From Prasinococcaceae sp. CCMP 1430 (lineage: Eukaryota; Plantae; Prasinodermophyta), in assembly GCA_013416795.1 (NCBI GenBank), contig RQSC01000003.1:37214-97646 (forward strand): a stretch of DNA of 60,433 nucleotides, read 5' to 3'. Position 1 is the first letter of the stretch, and every line of letters starts with the position of its first letter. This document shows, one piece after another, positions 30,896 through 43,857 of the stretch. The position numbers and the translations under genes were made by a program. The notes beneath the pieces are model-generated. The model was not told the origin of the DNA and ran no database searches. It worked only from the letters and a program-made list of their open reading frames with translations.

Positions 30896-32177
30896 CCTGT
30901 CAAAATCTAATTTTTGACACCCATCTAAAATTTGACACTTTGTCAACATCCACCCTTACTGGCCCGGACACCCGCCCGGTCGGCCTCATGCGGATCCGAA
31001 AATAGGCTCAATGCGCAGCGCTCGAGCAGAGCTTTCCGGCGCACTAATCGGTGCCGCTGCCGGCCAAGTCACGCCGCAGCTGCGACAGCGCGAAAAATTG
31101 GAGGTCCATGCCGCGGCGCCATTTTGCGCACGCGCAGTTTGTCAACATAGGGGCTGCACCCCTCGGGGGGGCGGCATGGCGCCTCCCAGGGCACGGCGAG
31201 CGCCTCAGTTCTACGCCCCTGAGGTGTGTGGAGACGCGTGCGCGCGCTGCGCGGCGGCGGGGTGGGGGGGGGGGGCGCGCACGCGCGCGCGCAGCAAGGG
31301 CTCGCGGCGACGTGCACACATTGACGAAACTGCGCCGCTACATGCGTGCAGGTGCCGGCACCGGCAGTGGCCCCTGCTGCGCCCAGGTACCCAAACCGCG
31401 GCCTTGGGCGGCGCGCCGCTGAGGGCGTCGTGCGCTCGATTTATGCCAGCCCGACCGAGGCGGCGCGTGCCTTTGACATCTCGCGGCAAGCTGTGGGCGT
31501 GGCGCTCAAGGTGTTGAAGGCTGACCGAGAGGCCTACGCCCTCATTAGTGGGCTCCCCGCCCGCGGGGATGACCTCAAGACCTTTCCTGGCGTGGACATG
31601 GAGCGCCTTGACACGCTCTTCCCTACAGCAAGCCACGCCGAGACCGCGCCCCCCGCCGCCGCCATCCCTACCCCTGCCCCGCTCCCCCCGGCTGGGCGCA
31701 CGTACGCGGATATGCTGCGCCGCGGCCTGGAGTACTGCACGACAGGGGGCATGTCATACAGGGCTGCTGCGCGCGAGGCCTCGAAGGAGCTGGCGGCAGC
31801 CACCGCTGCAACAGACCAGAGCGGTGCGTGTGGTGGCGCGGGGACGTCCATGGTGAGCCACCAGACCTTGCGCAGCTACGCAAATACCTACCTGGAGGGG
31901 ACGTACGGGACTCCAGCCAAGGCTGGCCGCGTCCAGTACCTGCCAGATGCCATCGAGCGTGTCATAGTCCAGACGATTGCTGCCATGCGCGAGCAGAAGT
32001 GGCCGGTGTACAAGGCGGACGTGAAGGCGTGGGTGGCGCACGCCGTGGAGGGCAGCAGCGCTGCGGCGCACTTCTTGGACGAAACCATCGGGCGCCCTCC
32101 CACGTGCCCACCCCTAGCCGCCGCCGCCCCCTGAATGTCGATGTTGACGAACTTGTCAAAAATTAGATTTTAAAAGG
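30896..32177 (+). mobile_element. Pogo/Tc1-mariner superfamily DNA transposon, internally deleted (non-autonomous)
   Basis: 24-bp TIRs: CCTGTCAAAATCTAATTTTTGACA (30896-30919) versus the reverse complement of 32154-32177, CCTTTTAAAATCTAATTTTTGACA (22/24). TA on both flanks (30894-95, 32178-79). Subterminal inverted GTCAACATC. Confidence 0.88.
31176..32134 (+). pseudogene. Truncated pogo-like transposase (HTH_psq and CENP-B-type HTH, no DDE domain); exons 31176-31223, 31352-32134
   Basis: SPTEAARAFDISRQAV, MSYRAAAR...VSHQTL, and GRVQYLPDAIERVIVQTIAAMREQKWPV...VKAWV. The ORF ends just before the right TIR. Confidence 0.75.
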
Positions 32178-32252
32178 TACATGTACAAAGGTCATCAAAA
32201 AATATGGCGCAGGCGCAGGCCTTGCACTCGGGGCCGAGCGAGATGGACACCG

Positions 32253-33778
32253 TCAGAGGTGCCACGCGGTGGCGATGCCATCGCCGAGGCGCTCGGCAGC
32301 GGCGAGCACGGCGGCGGCGCAGCCGTCGCGACGCGCGCGCAGAAAGGCGGCGCAGAGCGACGCGTAGGCGTCGAGCACGAGCGCAGGAGGGCCGTCGCGT
32401 GGCGACTCCATCCTCTGCAGGAGTAGGAAGGAGGATGGCGCTCTTGGGTTAGTCCTTCTGGTTGGGCCCGCGCGCGATACTGAAGAGCTCTCGCCTCGTA
32501 GCATGCGTCAGCGCGGCCCCTAGGGGCCTCACACGCGCGCACGCACGCACCTGCAAGAAACTTCCCAAGCGAGGCAGCACAAACAGATCGGTGCAGGACA
32601 TGTGCGTCGTGCCCGGCAGGTCCACTCGAACAGTCGGAGCGGGCGGTCGTCGCGCGGCAAGAAGGTCGCGTACGGCGTCGGAGTTTCTGCCCGCAGGGTG
32701 CACCCCGTACTCGTTGCGGCTCCACGTGTGCTCGAAACGCGAGTACAGAACGCCCAGTGGGGTGGACTCGAAAGCACGTGCCTGTGGCATGCCTGCAACG
32801 GGTGACTCGTACGGCATGAGCCATGGGTCCATTGTAAAACATCGGGCGAAGCGATCTGTCATGGCACAGTGCAGCGCCGTGAGCCCGCCGAAGCTGTGGC
32901 CTATGGCGGCGCACGCGTCGACGTCGAGCCGCCCAGCAAACGATCCGAGCACCGTGCGCGTCGCGCGAGCGCGCGCCTCAGATCCCCGAACAGGCGCAAG
33001 CGCGAGCGCTTGGTTGCCACCCTCGTTGAGTGCCTCGAGCACCGAGAGCGCCCCGAGGGCCTCCTTCACTCGCTGCTGCTGCTGTTCAATGCGCCGTGCT
33101 CGCGTGACAGTGCCCTCATAAAACAGGAAGGGCCTGTCGTCGCCGTCGTCGGCCGCACCAGAGGATCCATCTCTGTGCTCCACGGCGGCGACGACGACGC
33201 CCTGCGCCGCTATTCGCGCGAGCAGCCCACTGTGCGTACCACGGTTGCCCGCAAGTCCGTGCGAGAACACCGCGCACGGCACGAGCTCGCGGTCTCCTGC
33301 GCCGAGCGACGTGCTGCCGCTGCGCACGCGCATACCACCGCCATCGGCGTACGCGCCCAAGCCGAGCACGGTGGCAAGCCACGCTGCTACGCGCACGCTC
33401 CACACTTTCAGGGCGCCCGTGTCGGCCTTCACCTTGGAGTTGTACCGCATGTACCCTTCCAGGTACTGCCAGCTGCCCCCGGGGAGGAAGCGCGTGCAAT
33501 CCTGGCGCTCGTGTACTGCGAACCAGCGCGCGCGCATACACACACACACACATACACACGAGAGCCAGCGCGCACGTTAAGAGCGCGTGCGTGTTAGCAT
33601 CCCACCCTTCCATTACCCTCCCCTCGCTGAACGCCCCGCACTGATGCCTCGCGCGAGTATCTGCGCCCCGCACCGCCGCCTCACCAGGCTCTTCGGACGC
33701 GTCAACCGGGTAGTACATGCGCACTGCCGCACCGCACTCGGCGCGCACATCGAAGACCGCGACGGCGTGCGCCGCCAT
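32253..33778 (-). CDS. Platelet-activating-factor acetylhydrolase-like alpha/beta hydrolase; exons 33778-33685, 33515-32551, 32414-32253
   Basis: VFSHGLAG, VAAVEHRDGS, IGHSFGG (nucleophile elbow), MDPW, GTTHMSCTD. Confidence 0.88.
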
Positions 33779-34235
33779 CGCCGCGGGAATGGGCCGCAAC
33801 AAGCCGCTGAGAGTGTACACGCAGCCGACGGGAAGAGAAAGAGAGAGGAAAGGGGATGCGGGGGGAAGCGAGGGGCACTCACCGCGCGGTGTGCCACCCG
33901 CGCGCGCGCGTGTCGTGGGCGCCCCCCCTCGACACACACTGGCGATTCTCCGGATTTTAGACCGTGTCTGCGTCCAATCAGACCAGGTCTATCCGAGGGG
34001 CGCACCCGGTCATCTTGGTTTCACCCTATCTCATTTGCGTTACGCTACGCCGGCCGGTTTGGGGTTTGGGTTGCATTTCTTGCAAGCTGCAAGATTGCAT
34101 GTGTGGGTGGGCCGCAGGTCAGATTCAGGGCGGATTTGGAGCGCCGCTCGAGGGCTTGAGGCGGCGGGCGGTGGCCGGCACAGCGCGCGCGCGAGGCAGG
34201 CGCGCACACACGCGTGCACACACAGAGCGACGGCC

Positions 34236-34903
34236 ATGATGGGCGCGATGCGCGCGCCTGCGGCGTGCGCCGCCCGTCGTTGCGCGCCGGCGCTGCTCGA
34301 CCTGGGCTTCTTGTTGTCGCCGCGCCGCCGCGCGCGCGTGCAGCGGCGGCAGCGACGGCCTCACCGAGGGCCAGAGGCGCTTCGCCGAGCGTAAGGCGGC
34401 GATGGCGGACAGGGTGCGCGCGGCGTACGAGGCGGAGGCCGCCAAGGACGCGGGAACACATGGCGACGCCGTCGACGTGTCCAAGCTTAGCGAAGCGCAG
34501 AGGGCATTCCTCAAGAGGAAGAAGTTCGTCGCCGAGGGTGGCGACCCGATGGCCGGCGTGCCCGTGTGCAAGGTGTGCAACGGGACCGGGGCGGTTGAGT
34601 GCCCCAAGTGCGAAGGCACGGGGCGCAACAAGGAGGATGTCTTTGAGGGGGTGCGTGCGCGCGCGCACACACACACACAATCGCTCCTCGTGCGCGCGCA
34701 CGTGCCTGCGTGTGGCTTTCAGCTGACGCTCGCCCACCCGCGCGGCGCAGGGCGGCCTAAGCGTGGCCGTGTCGGGCTTCAGCGCTGAGAAGGGGGGCAT
34801 TTGCTGGCTGTGCCGCGGCGTGAAAACCATGCCCTGCCAGGCGTGCACGGGCACTGGCCGCTCCAAGGCGAGCGCGGCTATCAACTACGCGCCGGAGGAC
34901 TGA
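34236..34903 (+). CDS. BSD2: BSD2-like DnaJ-type zinc-finger plastid chaperone; intron 34651-34750; transit-peptide ATG (34236) is out of frame with the ATG at 34402
   Basis: CKVCNGTGAVECPKCEGTGRNKEDVFEG|...GGICWLCRGVKTMPCQACTGTG matches the BSD2 pattern, including CWLCRG. Confidence 0.7.
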
Positions 34904-35187
34904 GATGGGGCGCGCGGGCAGAGAAACGCGCGCGTGCGCACGCGCACACAGAGCAGACTCGGACGTAGCTTAGGATCACACATACGAGCACACACGTACT
35001 CTCTCTCGCGCGCGGGAGTGGTTGCGCCAGGTGGGAGTGCGCGCGCGCGCGCGCGACTCGATAACGCGCGCTAGTGGCGTTCCTGTGCGTGTGCTCGTGC
35101 GAGCACGTGTCCGGTGGATGTGTGTGTGTGTGTGTGTGTCTCGTGTGCGTGTGAAACCAAACCACACGCGCGTGGTGGGCAAAATCT

Positions 35188-36225
35188 TTATACGGGGACG
35201 AGCGTGCCGGGGTGGGTACACTTGAACGAGTTCACCATCGCTACGACGGCGTCGTTGTATTCGCCCATGAGCGCCGTGGGCACACTCGCCGACAGCGTGT
35301 AGAGCAGGTTGTACCGCCCCGGGATGTTGCCGATGGCGGCCACCGAGTACAGGTGGCGGTCGTACTCGCCAGGCAGCGAGACGGTGTACTCGACGAAGTA
35401 CTGATCGCCCTTCTTCTTGGTGTCGACGAGCTCCGCGCGCACGTCGTTGGGGTCCTTCCACGAGCGGTCGGTCTCCTGCACGATGTTGAAGCCCCACTGG
35501 TAATCGTCGCCGAAGGATCCCAGGCTTGTGAAGTCCGCGGCGATGGACTGCGTGACGACGCTCACGTTGATGTCGTTGCCGGCATACGCCGATGGGTAGA
35601 AGCCGGCGGCGCGGCGCGTAGGCGTGAAGTCATCCCCGGAGATCTCGCCTACGCCAACCTCCCACCCCGCCGGCAGATCAATGGAGAAACCCATCGCCTC
35701 GTCGACGTACGGCGACGACCCGCCCGCCTGCTCGTCCGCTGCCGCCGCGCCGCGCGGCACGCGCGAGGCGTCACCGCGTCTCCGAGCGGCGAAAACCAAA
35801 AAAAAAAACGCGCACGCGCGCGCGCGCGCGCGCCTTCCCCCCACCCCGCGGCCCCGCACGGAAGGNGGGCCACCCGCGCGGCCCGCAGGGCAAAACGCAT
35901 GCGCCCCGCGCGGCGCGCGCGCGCGCGGCGCGCAACCGGGACCCTTTCTCGCCCGATTGCAGTGCCTTTTGACCTGAGGGTTGGGTTTGGGTTGGGCTGG
36001 CCGCGCGCGCGCGCACGGAAAAAGTCTTCTGACGTGCGGTTTGGGGTTGGGACGCACGCCGCAGGGAGAGGAGCGCACGCGCCATCGAGGCCCCGGCGCC
36101 AAATACCAGGCGTAGCCCCCCTCGACCCCCCGTCCTGCCCTGCCCCCCTGCCTCCGCTGACCCCGGAAGGACCGGCCGGAGGGCTCGGCGCAGCGAGGAG
36201 CGGCGCCGAGGGCGGCGGCGCCCAT
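35188..36225 (-). CDS. PPD3: PsbP domain-containing protein 3-like (thylakoid lumen); 5' structure uncertain above ~35740
   Basis: FSIDLPAGWEVG, AGFYP, NVSVVTQSIAADFTSLGSFG, DRSW, YFVEYTV, RHLYS, YNLLYTLS. Confidence 0.8.
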   Translation of the reverse strand: MGAAALGAAPRCAEPSGRSFRGQRRQGGRAGRGVEGGYAWYLAPGPRWRVRSSPCGVRPNPKPHVRRLFPCARARPAQPKPNPQVKRHCNRARKGPGCAPRARAPRGAHAFCPAGRAGGXPSVRGRGVGGRRARARACAFFFLVFAARRRGDASRVPRGAAAADEQAGGSSPYVDEAMGFSIDLPAGWEVGVGEISGDDFTPTRRAAGFYPSAYAGNDINVSVVTQSIAADFTSLGSFGDDYQWGFNIVQETDRSWKDPNDVRAELVDTKKKGDQYFVEYTVSLPGEYDRHLYSVAAIGNIPGRYNLLYTLSASVPTALMGEYNDAVVAMVNSFKCTHPGTLVPV

Positions 36226-36365
36226 GCACGCACGGGCTCTGCTGCGTGAAAGAGTGCCGTGTGCGTGGTGCTCTAGTCTCTTTGTTTGCGGTACTTGTCG
36301 TCCCCCATCCTAGCTAGAGCTAGCTCTCTCTCTAAAGCTAGAGCTAATAGCACGTTGCGGAGTGA

Positions 36366-37806
<1,441 letters not shown>

Positions 37807-38105
37807 CTACCTGCCCACCGACGATCTGACCCCGCTCGCCCTGTTACACACCTCCGCTTGCGCCGCGCACGCCGCCGCGCGTCCCTGCACATCGCCCGCA
37901 CGCGCCCGCACTGGTGTGGCGCGGACACGGCAGCAGCCTTCCGATTGCTCTGCTCGCAGCAGTGGCATACTGTCCATCCTGCGCGCCGCGCCCGCCCGCA
38001 GCGCGAGCGGCGGCGGGAGCGAAGGAGGGCGGGCGGTGGGAGTGGCGGTGTGTGTGCGCGTTGGAGGGGAAGGGGAGCACCGCACTTGCGTGTGGTACAT
38101 GCAGG

Positions 38106-40753
38106 ATGTCGGCGGAGGCGGCTGCTGAGGCACGCCGCCTGGCTGCAGCGGGCGAGCTGGGCGCGCTGGAGGTGCACGCAGCAGCGCGCAGTGTGAGTGG
38201 CACGGCGCTGCTCGCCGCGCTCGCGGTGGCGCCCGAGGCAGCATTGTGTGGGGGAGGGGGTGGCGGCGGACCTGGCGGCAACATCCGCACGCGCGCGCTG
38301 CTTGCCTCCGCGGCCGCGGGCGGCGCGCTCGCGCGTGGCGAGGCCGCCACGTGGTGCGTGGAGCGCGCGCTTGCTGTCGACACACGCACTGGCCAGCTGG
38401 AGGACGCCCTGCAGATCCTGCTCGCTGGGGAGCAGATCGAGGCCGATGCCGACGCTAAGGAAGGCGCTGAGGCTATCGATGAGTCCGCGGAGGCGGTCAC
38501 TGGCGCGTCGACAGCCGCGCTGGACGCCGCCACCGTCCGCGCCGCGCCGCGGCGTGCTCTTGCGGCGCTCTCCGCTGCGGCGGGCCAGCTGCATGCGGCA
38601 GTGTATGCCCTCGGCATGCACGGCCTCGAACTGGGCGCATTTGCGGCTCTCGATGCAGCGGGGCGGTTCGACGCGCTTATGGAGGGCGCGCTTGGGGAGG
38701 ACGCGGACGGGGAGGGAGAGGTGGCCGAGGGGAGTAGCGACGAGGTGGATGACGAGGCCTTGGCACGCTCGCTGGGCGCCGTTGAGCGTGCAGCTCGCGA
38801 CGCGTGCGCAGTTCTCCCGGCGCGTGCCGCGGGCGCAGATACGCGGCGCCTCGTATGGGCCTGGGCAGAGCGGCAGCTGACGCTGGAGGCAGGCGAACCC
38901 GCGCGGGGAGTTTGCCGTGCCGCGCGCGTGGTGGCCGCTGAGCCGCCGCTGCTGCCGCTCGACGGTGAGCTCGCGATGGCGTTCCAAGCGCTGGTGATAG
39001 CCGCGACCGAGGACGATGCGCGCGGGCGCGTATGGTCAGCGGTTGGCGCGGCCGCCGAGGCGGTGCTTGCGCGCTGCTTTGCCGGCGAGCATGAGGGCGC
39101 GCTGCGCGCGGCGCGCGCCGCGCGCGCAGGCGCGGCTCTCGCACGCGCCGGCCTTCGCGGCGTAGCGCCAGCTGACATGGTGCGCGCACTGGACGACGAG
39201 ACGGCCGCGCGCGGCGTGCTCGCGCGCGCGTACGCTGCGGGTGTGCCGCCCGCTGCAGCGGCGGCGGCCACTACCGAATGCTTCGACGACGCTCTTGCGT
39301 CGCTCGCGTACGCCGACTACGCGCTGGCCGCAGGCGATGTCGACACTGCCGTTGCGCTGCTGCGCAACCTCGCGGGTCGAGCGTACGCACCCGCCGCACC
39401 CTCGGCCGCGGCCGCCGCGCGCGCGGTGCTTGCGCGGCTGCAGAGCTCTTCGACAACGTTGAGGGAGGAGGAGGGTGCAGGGCTCGAGGCGGCCCTCGAG
39501 GCCGCCTGTGAGCTGCTGTCTCTAGGCTTGACCGACGCGGGGCTGGCCGCGGGCGACGGTGCCGAGCTGCTCGCGCTCTGGCAGAGGGCAGTCATGCGCC
39601 TCCAGCGGCTTGAGGAGGGAGAGGAGGCGGACGACCAGGTGCGTCGCCGCGCCATGTGGGCAAAGAGCGTCTCTCGTAGGCACCACAGGGCGCATGAGTG
39701 CCGCACGTATGCATTCGCATTCGTGTACAGATACGCATGCGTGCGTGCAGGAGGGCGTGTGCGCGTACATTTGAGTGCGTGCGTTTGTCTGTGGCGCAAA
39801 GATAGGTAGAGAGAAGGCTAGCTGACTGCGGGCGCCTTCTTCACGCGCACCCTCAGGACCACGAGTACAACGCGGCGGCAGAGGTCGCCGAGGCCGCCAG
39901 CGAGGCCGGCGTGCGCGGTGCCCTTGCCGCAGGCGCGCTGGCGCTCGAGGGCGAGCGGGCGCGCGAGGTGCTATTCGCCGCCGCCCTCGCCGAGGGCGGC
40001 TCGCAGCGCGCGCTGCGCGAGGCAGCGGCTGCCCATCGCGCTCGTGCCGCGCTTGCGCGCGCCGGCACGGACGTGGCGGCGGCTGCCGCTGCACTCGCCG
40101 GCCGCCGACCGCCGCGCGGCGCAGAAATGGCGCCCATCGACCCGTCCACCATCGCCGCAGAGGAGGAGCGCGCGGCCGAGGGCCTCGAGGCGGAAGCCGC
40201 GGAGCTCTCTGCCGCCAAGGAGCGCGCTGCTGCAGCAGAGGCGGCACGGCTAAACACCGAGCGAGCTGCCGCGGCCGCGGCGGCGTCGGCGGCCGCGCGT
40301 GAGCGCCTGGCAGGTGCGAGCGGCACTGTGGCAATGGCGGCGGGTCTCGCGGCGGCCGCGGCGGACTGCGACGCATGCGCGGAGGCCGCCGCGGATGCAC
40401 TCGCACGCGGCGCGGCACTGCCTCTGGTGCTCGAGGCGCATGACGCGGGCGCGCTCGCGCTGGCCGCCGTGCTGCCGCTGGGCGTGGGAGCACTCGTCGC
40501 ACGTGGCGACGCGCCCGCTGCGCGGCGCGCGGCGCTCGCGCACGGCCGTGTGCATGCCGAGTTCGCCGAGGGCGCAGCTGCGGGCGACGCGGCCGTGGCC
40601 GACCTACTGCGGCCGTGGGCGGAGTTGCAGGCGGCAGGAGGTGGCGCCCTAACGCTGCGCGGCGAAAATCCCGCTGGCGAGGTCGCCGCAGCAGTCTGGA
40701 CGCGCGCGCCGGCCGCTGCTGCCGCGGCCATAGCGGCGCTTGGCCTCGCGTAG
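38106..40753 (+). CDS. Ala-rich alpha-solenoid protein, Sec39/NBAS (MIP2)-like; exons 38106-39638, 39857-40753
   Basis: WCVERALAVDTRTGQLEDALQIL resembles the Sec39-domain signature. Phase-0 GT-AG intron. The family call is tentative. Confidence 0.55.
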
Positions 40754-41076
40754 CCGCGCTCGCACTGCACGAATGCGCGCTGTCGGGTTGAGGCGCAAAT
40801 ACGCATCCATCCTCGTATACACGCGCATGAGCGCGTCACCCCACGACAAACGACCATCCCACCACACACGCGTGCGCGCGCGCGTGGCCGATCATTCTCG
40901 TGCGAGAGGCGTGCTGATGGATGTACACACAACTGTTAACACACGACGTCGCTTCCGCCTGCGAGAGTGCGCGCATGTCACGGTGGGCGTCCGCCTCGAC
41001 CTTCCGCCCCTCCACGAGGTCTTCCTCGACCGTCATGCGGGTCTCAGCCTCTTCACCTTCCCTCATGAAGCCCGCC

Positions 41077-41803
41077 CTAGAGCTCAGTCTTGAAGGTACT
41101 CTCATCTTCGTCTGTGTCATAGTCAAAAAAATCGTCGTCGTCGTAGTGGTCTCCCTCGAGGCCGTCGTACATATGCCGCTCCGGCTGTGGTGGCAGCTCG
41201 CGCCAGCCGTCGACGGGGAGCATCGACTCGGCGGTGGCGCCGGTATCATCGGTGGCGGCCGCGTCCGCGCCAGCCTCGAGCAGCGCATCCACGATCGGCC
41301 TGTAGCCATGCTCGTAGGCCCAAAACAGAGGGCCTCTGCCATCCGCCGAGCGGCTCTGCGCGCCGCAATCGTCAGCGGCTGCGGGCGCACACACGTGGGT
41401 GAGGTGTGTGTGTGCGCGCATGGGTGTGTGTGGTGCGCATGGGTGTGTGTGTGGGAGGGGCACCGGGTGTGTGCACGTGCGTGTATGTCAGCGTGTCTGG
41501 GCGTTCGTGCCCGTGGGCGTACGTTTGCCGCGCGTGTAGCGCGAGTGCACGCGCCGCGATGTGGCCAGCTGACACATGCGCCCGATCGCAAGCGCACGCG
41601 CCCGAGCCCGCACCGATGAGTGCCTTGATGGCATCGAGCGAGCCCGATTGCGCCGCGAAAAAGAAGGCCGACGTCTGTTCCGTGTCCTCGTGCGCCTTGG
41701 CGGCAGCGCAGGCGTCGTCGCCACGCGCTCCGCTGGTGAGTACGAGTGCCGCACATGCGGCGGCGGCAGTGGCCAGCCATGCTCCCCGCGCTCGGGGGGG
41801 CAT
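41077..41803 (-). CDS. Small secreted ankyrin-repeat protein with acidic tail (2 exons; intron ~41357-41575)
   Basis: Signal-like MPPRARGAWLATAAAACAALVLT, FFAAQSGSLDAIKALI, SRSADGRGPLFWAYEHGYRPIVDALLEAGAD. Ends in KTEL, which is KDEL-like. Confidence 0.7.
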
Positions 41804-42250
41804 GGCGGCAAGCGGCGGCTTGCGGGCAAGCGTGTGGGCCGGGGTGAAGCAAGTGCGCCCTCGTTTCCCGCAAGTCTGCGTGCCCCCCGCGAGGCCTCCG
41901 CGAGTGCATGCACTGTGCCACCGCGGGTGCCACTGCCCGGCCGCGCCCCTCCCGCGCCGATGGCGATCGGGCGAGCTCTGTTCACAACCGCAACCTCAAA
42001 TTGGGGTGAATGCGGCGGAATGCTGTGCGATCATATCAAGTGATTCATTGAATAAGTAAACCCTTTTTGTGCGCGTGTTTGGATTTCGATTTCGAGCGCC
42101 GAGGCGCGCCACGCCACACTGCTGTCCTGCCCCTCCCCCTGCCCTCCTGCCCCCACCTCACTCCCACGCACCCGCCCATCCATCCCCCCATCCCGTCTGC
42201 GCGACAGCGACCTTGCTGGAGGTCCGGCCCCTGGCGCGGGCGTCAGAGTG

Positions 42251-43682
42251 ATGGCGGGCGGCGCCGCCGCAGCCAGGGCGGCCCGGGGCGATGGCGATGC
42301 CGAGAAGAAGCTCGCGGCGCTCCGCGCCAAGCTCGAGAACGCGGCGGAAGAGGCTTCCAAGCTGCGCACGGAGGCAGGCGCGCGCCAGAAGGCGCTCGAC
42401 CGTGAGGTCAAGCTGCGTGGCGATGCCGAGGCCAAGGTGACCGCGCGGCTGCGCGACCGCGCAGCCGCCTTGCGCACGCCTGAATCTGCGCACTCGCTGG
42501 CGCTCTGACACACGCGTCCGCACGTAGGCGTCCTCGCTCGAGCGGCTGTGCCGTGAGCTGCAGCTCGGCAAGAAGCAGGCGGAGCTTGGGCTCGCACAGG
42601 AGCGCGCGGCCAACCAGAAGCGCCTCGGCGAGCTCTCGGACAATTTTGCGTCCGTGAGCGCGAGCATCGAGGAGCACCACTCCAAACACGCGCAAATCCT
42701 AGAGCACAGCGCGCAGGTCGAGGCCGAGCGAGATGCGATGCAAGAAAAATTGAACAAAGTGCTCAAGCTCTACGACGAGACCAGGTGCGCCGCGCGATTG
42801 CTCCCCTTGCTCCCCCTGCTCCTCCGACACCGTCTCCTCGTGTGCCCCGACTCGCCAGCGCTCGTGTGCCACACATTTGCTGACAAAGTCGAGGACTGCG
42901 CCCGCGGCCGCCTGGCAGCGCGGGCTACAAGGAGGCCAACGAGGCCTTCAAGCGAGACCTCGGCCAAAGCATCGAGCTTGTGGGCGCCTCCGAAAAGCGC
43001 GCGGCTGCCGCGGAGGCTGAGTCCGTGCTGCTGCGCAAGGCCAAGGAGGCGTCGGAGGCGCGCGTGGCGGAGACGTTGAAGGCGTACGAGGCGATGAGAG
43101 AGGTCCGCGCCGCCTCAAGCGCGCGCGCTCCTGCCTGCACACATCTGCTCGCAGCGCCGTGGCTGAGTCTCTCTGAGTGCCGGCGCGCGGTCAGCCGAGA
43201 CGTGCGCTGACGCGCGTGCGAGCGCGTGGAATGCACGCGTGCTCCTCGCCTCTCCTCCTCTCTCACGCAGTCGATCGACGCCGTGACAAAAGACATGGGT
43301 GGCTACGCCGAGAAGATCAAGGAGCGCGATCAGATCATCGCCAAGCAGCGCGGCGAGATGGGCAGGGCGGCCGACGCGCTGCGCGACTCCTCCGAGCAGC
43401 GCAAGGATCTCATTGCGCGCGCCGAGAAGGCTGAGAAGCGCGCGCAAGCTATGGCCGGGCTGTGCAGGAAGCTCAAGGTACGCAGGTGTGGGTCGCGCGC
43501 GCAGGCGCGATCGACAGGCACAGGGCGCCGACGCTGACTGGTTCGTGCGTGTGCGCCGTGGCGAGTGACAGGAGGAGCTAGACCTCGTTGGCGTGGGGCC
43601 GTGCGATGAGGCCAGCTCGGACGCAGAGGAGGGGGCAGATGCTACGAAGGCGACCGTGAGCGAGAATGGCGCCAGCGCGTGA
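42251..43682 (+). CDS. Taxilin-like coiled-coil protein (about 5 exons)
   Basis: Heptad-rich exons containing SSLERLCRELQ and MAGLCRKLK, similar to the taxilin LCRELQ/LCRALQ motifs. GT-AG introns with CTGAC branch sites. Confidence 0.65.
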
Positions 43683-43857
43683 CGCGCCCTGCGCGCTGGG
43701 ACTGAAGGCGTGTACATACCGCAGTCGGTACTTAATCACGAGCGGAATAATCACACGATGAGTCTGTCTCATTTTCTCCTCTCTCACCAGCTCTTGCAGC
43801 AGCAGGGAGCTCGGGTGCCTCGTCGAGCACGCCAGCTGGCGCACTCACGACGGCTGA

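Noticed and set aside
34236-34402. Out-of-frame transit peptide of the BSD2-like gene as regulatory recoding
   Set aside because: A 1-nt indel in the CG-repeat stretch or use of the ATG at 34402 explains it more simply.
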